Positions 59,957 through 64,000 of a stretch of 64,000 bases of DNA are shown piece after piece (position 1 is the first letter of the stretch; each line of letters starts with the position of its first letter). The DNA lies in contig DATHTR010000123.1 in NCBI GenBank assembly GCA_035463095.1, forward strand, positions 25,058 through 89,057, given 5' to 3'. Both the position numbers and the translations under genes were made by a program. Under the pieces are notes generated by a model that did not search any database, was not told where the DNA came from, and saw nothing but the letters and a program-made list of their open reading frames with translations. The stretch is from Candidatus Angelobacter sp. (GTDB lineage: Bacteria > Chloroflexota > Limnocylindria > QHBO01).

Positions 59957-61611
59957 CGGCCCAGCTCCCCCGGGGGCGTCCAGCGCACCGGCGCGTCAGC
60001 GTCGCGGTCGACGACGTACCAGCCGTCGGCCTCGACCGGATGCCACGGCCCCACCGTGCCGTCCGGCCAGGTGATTCGCACCTCCGCTCGGCTCGCCTCC
60101 CCGATCCCGACGTGGATCGGGCCGAGCTGGCCGGAGACGTGGCCGCCGCCGACCGTGCGCTCGACGATCCACGTTCGGTCGCCGGCGCGCACCTCGACCC
60201 AGGCGCCGACCGCGTCGCGGTTCGCGTCGGGCTGGCGAGGCCGGACAGCGATCCAGTGGCCCATGGGCTCCCTCTCCTCGGTTCCCGCCCCGAGGTTGCG
60301 CCAGGCCGACACGTTCTCGCGGCGATGGACGATCACGAGGTCGAGGAGGCCGTCGAGGTTGAGGTCCACGACGGCAGCGCCTCGCGAGCGCGCGAAGGAC
60401 ACGATCCCGGCGTCCGGCGCCGCCTCGACGAAGGTGCCGTCCGGCTGGCCGAGGAGCAGGTTGGTGGGGTCGCGCATGGCATGGTCCGTCTGGGCCTCGA
60501 CGTTGCCCTTCGTGACGAGCAGGTCCACGAACCCGTCGTTGTTCACGTCCGCGAACTCGGGGTGCCAGGCGGTCGACGGCAGGGTCGTGTCGCCCTCGAA
60601 GGGCCGGTGCGCCGTCGCTCCGCGGCGGAGGGCGATGTCCACGTAGCGCGGTGCGGCACCGGGGCCGGGCGCATCGAGCGCCTGGAGCTTGTTGTCGGCC
60701 TGGCTGGTCAGGTACACCTCCGGGTAGCCGTCGCCGGTCAGGTCGCGGCTCGCGATGCCCATGCCGAATATCCGAACCGGCTGCCAGCCGTCCTGGGCGC
60801 CGTACGCGGCCGGCGGCCGACCGGGCTCGATCCGCCACAGCTGCTCCTGGCCGTCGCGGTAGTAGTGCCGGTCGTTCGAGACACGGAGGTCCCGACGCCC
60901 CGAGCGGTCCCAGTCGCTGAACAGCATCGAGAGCGCGCACCAGCCCGGCAACAGCGTCTCCGGCGCGCCGTAGCGATCGCGCTCCGGCCGGAACAGGACG
61001 TTGTCGGCGCACGTGGAACGCGTCGGGTCGTCGAGCTCGAGGTAGTGGCCGATGGCGAGCGTCGGCAGGCCGGCCTCGTCCTCCCACGTGGCGCTGAACG
61101 CGGTGCTCCAGCCGCCGCCTCCGTCGAAGCCCCACGCCTCGTTCGCCCGTTCGAAGCCGCAGGCGCCGGTCCCGCGCAGCAGCACGTCCTCGCCCGCCCG
61201 AAGCACGACGAGGTCGCCGATCCCGTCGCCGTCGATGTCGATCGGGTAGGCCCCGGTCACCGCCGTGAGATCGGTCGCGGGCGCGGCGACGCGCTCGAAG
61301 GCGAGGTCGCCGCCTGGCGCGGAGACGTTCCGGAACAGCGACGCCGGCTCGCTGCCACCGGCGAGGAAGAGGTCCGGCCGGCCGTCGTCGTCGCAATCGA
61401 GCACCGCCACGCCGCCGCCGACTACGAACGTGAACTCGCCGTCGTAGCGGTGGGTGAGGCCGGCCGCAGCCGCCTCCTCGACGAACCGCGGCGCGCCCCG
61501 CGCGGCTTCGGCGGGCGCTTCGGAATCGATGCCGACGAGAGCTCCGGCTCCCACCGCGCCGGCGACGAGGACCGTCGCGACGGCTGCGGCGATCAGGCCG
61601 CGGCGTGCCAT
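59953..61611 (-). CDS. FG-GAP/VCBS repeat protein with a C-terminal ASPIC/UnbV domain (CRTAC1-like)
   Basis: Repeated Ca-binding DxDxDG loops: DCDDDGRPD, DIDGDGIGD, DLTGDGYPE, DVNNDGFVD, DLNLDGLLD. C-terminus is AVGAWVEVRAGDRTWIVERTVGGGHVSG. An N-terminal MARRGLIAAAV anchor or Tat-like signal. ATG at 61674 is an alternative. Confidence 0.8.
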   Translation of the reverse strand: MARRGLIAAAVATVLVAGAVGAGALVGIDSEAPAEAARGAPRFVEEAAAAGLTHRYDGEFTFVVGGGVAVLDCDDDGRPDLFLAGGSEPASLFRNVSAPGGDLAFERVAAPATDLTAVTGAYPIDIDGDGIGDLVVLRAGEDVLLRGTGACGFERANEAWGFDGGGGWSTAFSATWEDEAGLPTLAIGHYLELDDPTRSTCADNVLFRPERDRYGAPETLLPGWCALSMLFSDWDRSGRRDLRVSNDRHYYRDGQEQLWRIEPGRPPAAYGAQDGWQPVRIFGMGIASRDLTGDGYPEVYLTSQADNKLQALDAPGPGAAPRYVDIALRRGATAHRPFEGDTTLPSTAWHPEFADVNNDGFVDLLVTKGNVEAQTDHAMRDPTNLLLGQPDGTFVEAAPDAGIVSFARSRGAAVVDLNLDGLLDLVIVHRRENVSAWRNLGAGTEEREPMGHWIAVRPRQPDANRDAVGAWVEVRAGDRTWIVERTVGGGHVSGQLGPIHVGIGEASRAEVRITWPDGTVGPWHPVEADGWYVVDRDADAPVRWTPPGELGR

Positions 61612-61688
61612 GGGAGCTCTTGACGCGCTGTCGATGATGGGCCCGTACGCCGGGTGAACCGGCGCGGTCTCCATCGGAGGAGGCGACC

Positions 61689-63578
61689 GTGGTCAGCTCG
61701 CCGAGCCCATCGCCGCATCCCCGCCGGCGCGGGATTCGCGTCCTTCTTGCCGGCAGCCTCGTCGCGGCGCTCCTGCTGTCCGGCTGCGAGGCCGTCCCGC
61801 CGTGGGTCGACGAGGACTGCGAGCCGGGCGACCGCGACGGGCGGAGCGTGGCGCGCGTGTGGGACGAGCGCGTCCTGTCGATGATCCGGCAGGTCGTGCC
61901 GGCCCCCACCGTTCACGCTCGGAACCTGTTCCACGTGTCGGCGGCGATGTGGGACGCCTGGGCGGCGTTCGACCCGACCAGCGACGGCTGGGCGTATCGG
62001 GAGAAGCACGAGGCCGACGACGTCACCGCGGCCCGAGAGGTGGCGATGAGCTACGCCGCGTACCGCATCCTGGATTGGCGCTACGGCCAGGTGTCCGACC
62101 TGGAGACCGCCGACGAGGAGCTGCGCTCGACGATGCGCCTGCTGTGCCTGCGGCCTGAGTACGCGACGACCGATGGCGACGACCCCGCCGCGCTCGGCAA
62201 CCGGATCGGCGAGCTGACTCTCGCGCGCGGCGCGGAGGACGGCTCCCTCGAGGAGGCGCGCTACGTCGACGCGGCGTACGTCCCGGTCAACGAGCCGCTC
62301 GTCGTGGCCGAGCCGGGCGCCGCGATGGCCGACCCGAACCGCTGGCAACCGCTCGCCCTCGATCGACAGCTGTCGCAGAACGGGCTGCCCATCCCGGGCC
62401 AGGTCCAGACCTTCATCGGTCCGCACTGGGGCCACGTCGCCGGCTTCGCGCTCCCGCCGTCGGACCACGGCACCCCGGTCGACCCGGGGCCACCCCCGCT
62501 CCTCGGCGATCCCGATACCGATGACGACTACAAGGCGGCGGCGCTCGAGATCATCCGCTACTCGAGCCGGCTCGACCCGGCGGACGGGGTGCGCGTCGAC
62601 ATCGGCCCCGGCGCGATGGGGGGCAGCGCGCTGGGACGGAACGACGGCGCCGGCCATCCGGTCAATCCCGCCACTGGCGAGCCGTACGCGCCGAACGTCG
62701 TCCTCCGGGCTGACTACCAGCGCGCGCTGGCCGAGTACTGGGCCGACGGCCCGCACTCGGAGACGCCGCCCGGTCACTGGAACGTGATCGCCAACGCGGT
62801 CTCCGACGCACCGGGCTTCGAGCACCGCATCGGCGGCGAGGGTGATCCGGTCGACCGGCTCGAGTGGGACACGAAGCTGTACTTCGTGCTCAACGGGGCG
62901 CTCCACGACGCCGCCGCGGCGGCGTGGGGCCTGAAGGGCTGGTACGACTCGCCGCGGCCGATCTCGATGATCCGCCACCTGGGCGGGAACGGCCAGTCGT
63001 CGGATCCGGACGGGCCTGCCTACCACCCCGACGGCCTTCCGCTGGAGCCCGGATTGGTCGAAGTGGTGACCGCGGCTTCGTCGGCGCGCGGCGAGCGGCA
63101 CGCGCACCTGGCCGACCACGTCGGCGAGATTGCCGTGCGGTCGTGGAACGGCTTCCCTGCCGATCCGGAGCACGACCACTCCGGGGTCGGCTGGATCCTC
63201 GCGGTCGACTGGGTGCCGTACCAGCGGTCCACGTTCGTGTCGCCCGCCTTCGCCGGCTACGTGTCGGGCCACAGCACGTTCAGCCGCGCCGCGGCAGAGG
63301 TGATGACCACGTTCACCGGCGACGCCTTCTTCCCGGGTGGCCTGTACGAGCATCGCGTCGAACCGGGGGCCTTCCTGCACGAAAAGGGACCGGACGAGCC
63401 GATCACCCTGCAGTGGGCCACCTATGCCGACGCCGCCGACCAGGCCGGGATCTCGCGCCTGTTCATGGGCATCCACATCGCGGCCGACGACGTGGAGGGT
63501 CGCCGCGTCGGCGCCCAGTGCGGCGACGATGCCTGGGGGCTCGCTACGCGTCACTTCAACGGCACCGTCACGCCCTGA
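61689..63578 (+). CDS. PAP2 / vanadium-dependent haloperoxidase-like lipoprotein
   Basis: GGAGG SD 5 nt before the GTG. Lipobox LLLSGC. Complete PAP2 signature: K-x6-RP (KGWYDSPRP), SGH (YVSGHSTF) and SR-x5-H-x3-D (SRLFMGIHIAADD). Confidence 0.8.
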   Translation: MVSSPSPSPHPRRRGIRVLLAGSLVAALLLSGCEAVPPWVDEDCEPGDRDGRSVARVWDERVLSMIRQVVPAPTVHARNLFHVSAAMWDAWAAFDPTSDGWAYREKHEADDVTAAREVAMSYAAYRILDWRYGQVSDLETADEELRSTMRLLCLRPEYATTDGDDPAALGNRIGELTLARGAEDGSLEEARYVDAAYVPVNEPLVVAEPGAAMADPNRWQPLALDRQLSQNGLPIPGQVQTFIGPHWGHVAGFALPPSDHGTPVDPGPPPLLGDPDTDDDYKAAALEIIRYSSRLDPADGVRVDIGPGAMGGSALGRNDGAGHPVNPATGEPYAPNVVLRADYQRALAEYWADGPHSETPPGHWNVIANAVSDAPGFEHRIGGEGDPVDRLEWDTKLYFVLNGALHDAAAAAWGLKGWYDSPRPISMIRHLGGNGQSSDPDGPAYHPDGLPLEPGLVEVVTAASSARGERHAHLADHVGEIAVRSWNGFPADPEHDHSGVGWILAVDWVPYQRSTFVSPAFAGYVSGHSTFSRAAAEVMTTFTGDAFFPGGLYEHRVEPGAFLHEKGPDEPITLQWATYADAADQAGISRLFMGIHIAADDVEGRRVGAQCGDDAWGLATRHFNGTVTP

Positions 63579-63581
63579 CGC

Positions 63582-64000
63582 TCAGGACGCCGTCGAACCG
63601 GCGGCGGCGGACGCCACGATCCGCTCGATGACCTCGAGGTTGGCGACCGCGTCCGTGGGTGGCAGCGGGTGCGCGGCGCCGTCGAGCACCGTCGCCGCAA
63701 ACGCATCGGCCTCCGCGGCGTAGGGATCGGCGGTCGGGAACTCGATGACCTCGCTCGCCGGCGCCACCGGCGGCTCACCGCCGGCGGTGATCGTGATCCG
63801 GGTCGGTCGGTCGGGTGGGATGTTGAACGGGATCTCGATCGAGATCCGTCCGGTCGTGCCGTAGATGTCGACCCGCTGGTCATCCTCGGCTCGGGTCGAG
63901 CAGGTGAACGACGCGATCCCGCTGCCGAAGTCCATGATGGCGGCCGTCACCACGTCGGTGCCGGACGCGGGGTCGCGCAGGGCCGCACCGCTCACGCGCG
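63582..64000 (-). CDS. Gfo/Idh/MocA-family oxidoreductase, C-terminal part (N-terminus beyond window end)
   Basis: The C-terminal alpha/beta domain pattern ...RVDIYGTTGRISIEIPFN...DPYAAEADAFAATVLDG... continues open to position 64000. Confidence 0.6.
   Translation of the reverse strand, partial: RVSGAALRDPASGTDVVTAAIMDFGSGIASFTCSTRAEDDQRVDIYGTTGRISIEIPFNIPPDRPTRITITAGGEPPVAPASEVIEFPTADPYAAEADAFAATVLDGAAHPLPPTDAVANLEVIERIVASAAAGSTAS

Overview
This is a high-GC (~70%), densely coding chromosomal segment of actinobacterial type. That assignment rests on a GAAC-N4-GTTC SOS box, a UPF0182 protein, an LLM oxidoreductase of the F420/flavin type and the GlgE alpha-glucan pathway; the exact taxon cannot be determined from the sequence. 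Most of the window is core metabolism. The start (1-9.4 kb) carries lexA (partial) with its SOS box, then DUF1232-rplI, dnaB, purA and a photolyase. From 9.5 to 17.6 kb, guaB3 and guaA flank a ~5 kb variable stretch. That stretch holds a GNAT, an AlkZ-like glycosylase, SnoaL and YbjQ proteins, a DUF4143 ATPase and an HTH + stand-alone Clp_N cassette. From 22.3 to 39.3 kb lies an almost complete de novo purine locus: purD-purE-purB ... purC-purS-purQ ... purL, then purF-purM-purN. Non-purine membrane genes are coupled into it: a polytopic protein, MgtC and two zinc-ribbon/disordered/TM proteins. It is also split by an opposite-strand GGDEF/HD-GYP gene. From 43 to 59 kb there is a contiguous trehalose/alpha-glucan supercluster: glgE, treS, mak, glgX, treY, treZ, malQ and a convergent glgB. 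The window ends with a CRTAC1-like FG-GAP/ASPIC protein, an aldose-epimerase-like protein, a PAP2/vanadium-haloperoxidase-like lipoprotein and a partial Gfo/Idh/MocA oxidoreductase. I recognised no rRNA, tRNA, CRISPR array, transposase, integrase or prophage. I see no clear-cut new system. The most unusual items are the palindrome-fronted HTH/Clp_N cassette, the membrane/zinc-ribbon genes inside the pur operon, an in-frame TGA between treS and mak, and several structured non-coding patches. All functional calls come from motif recognition by eye, and start codons are often uncertain.
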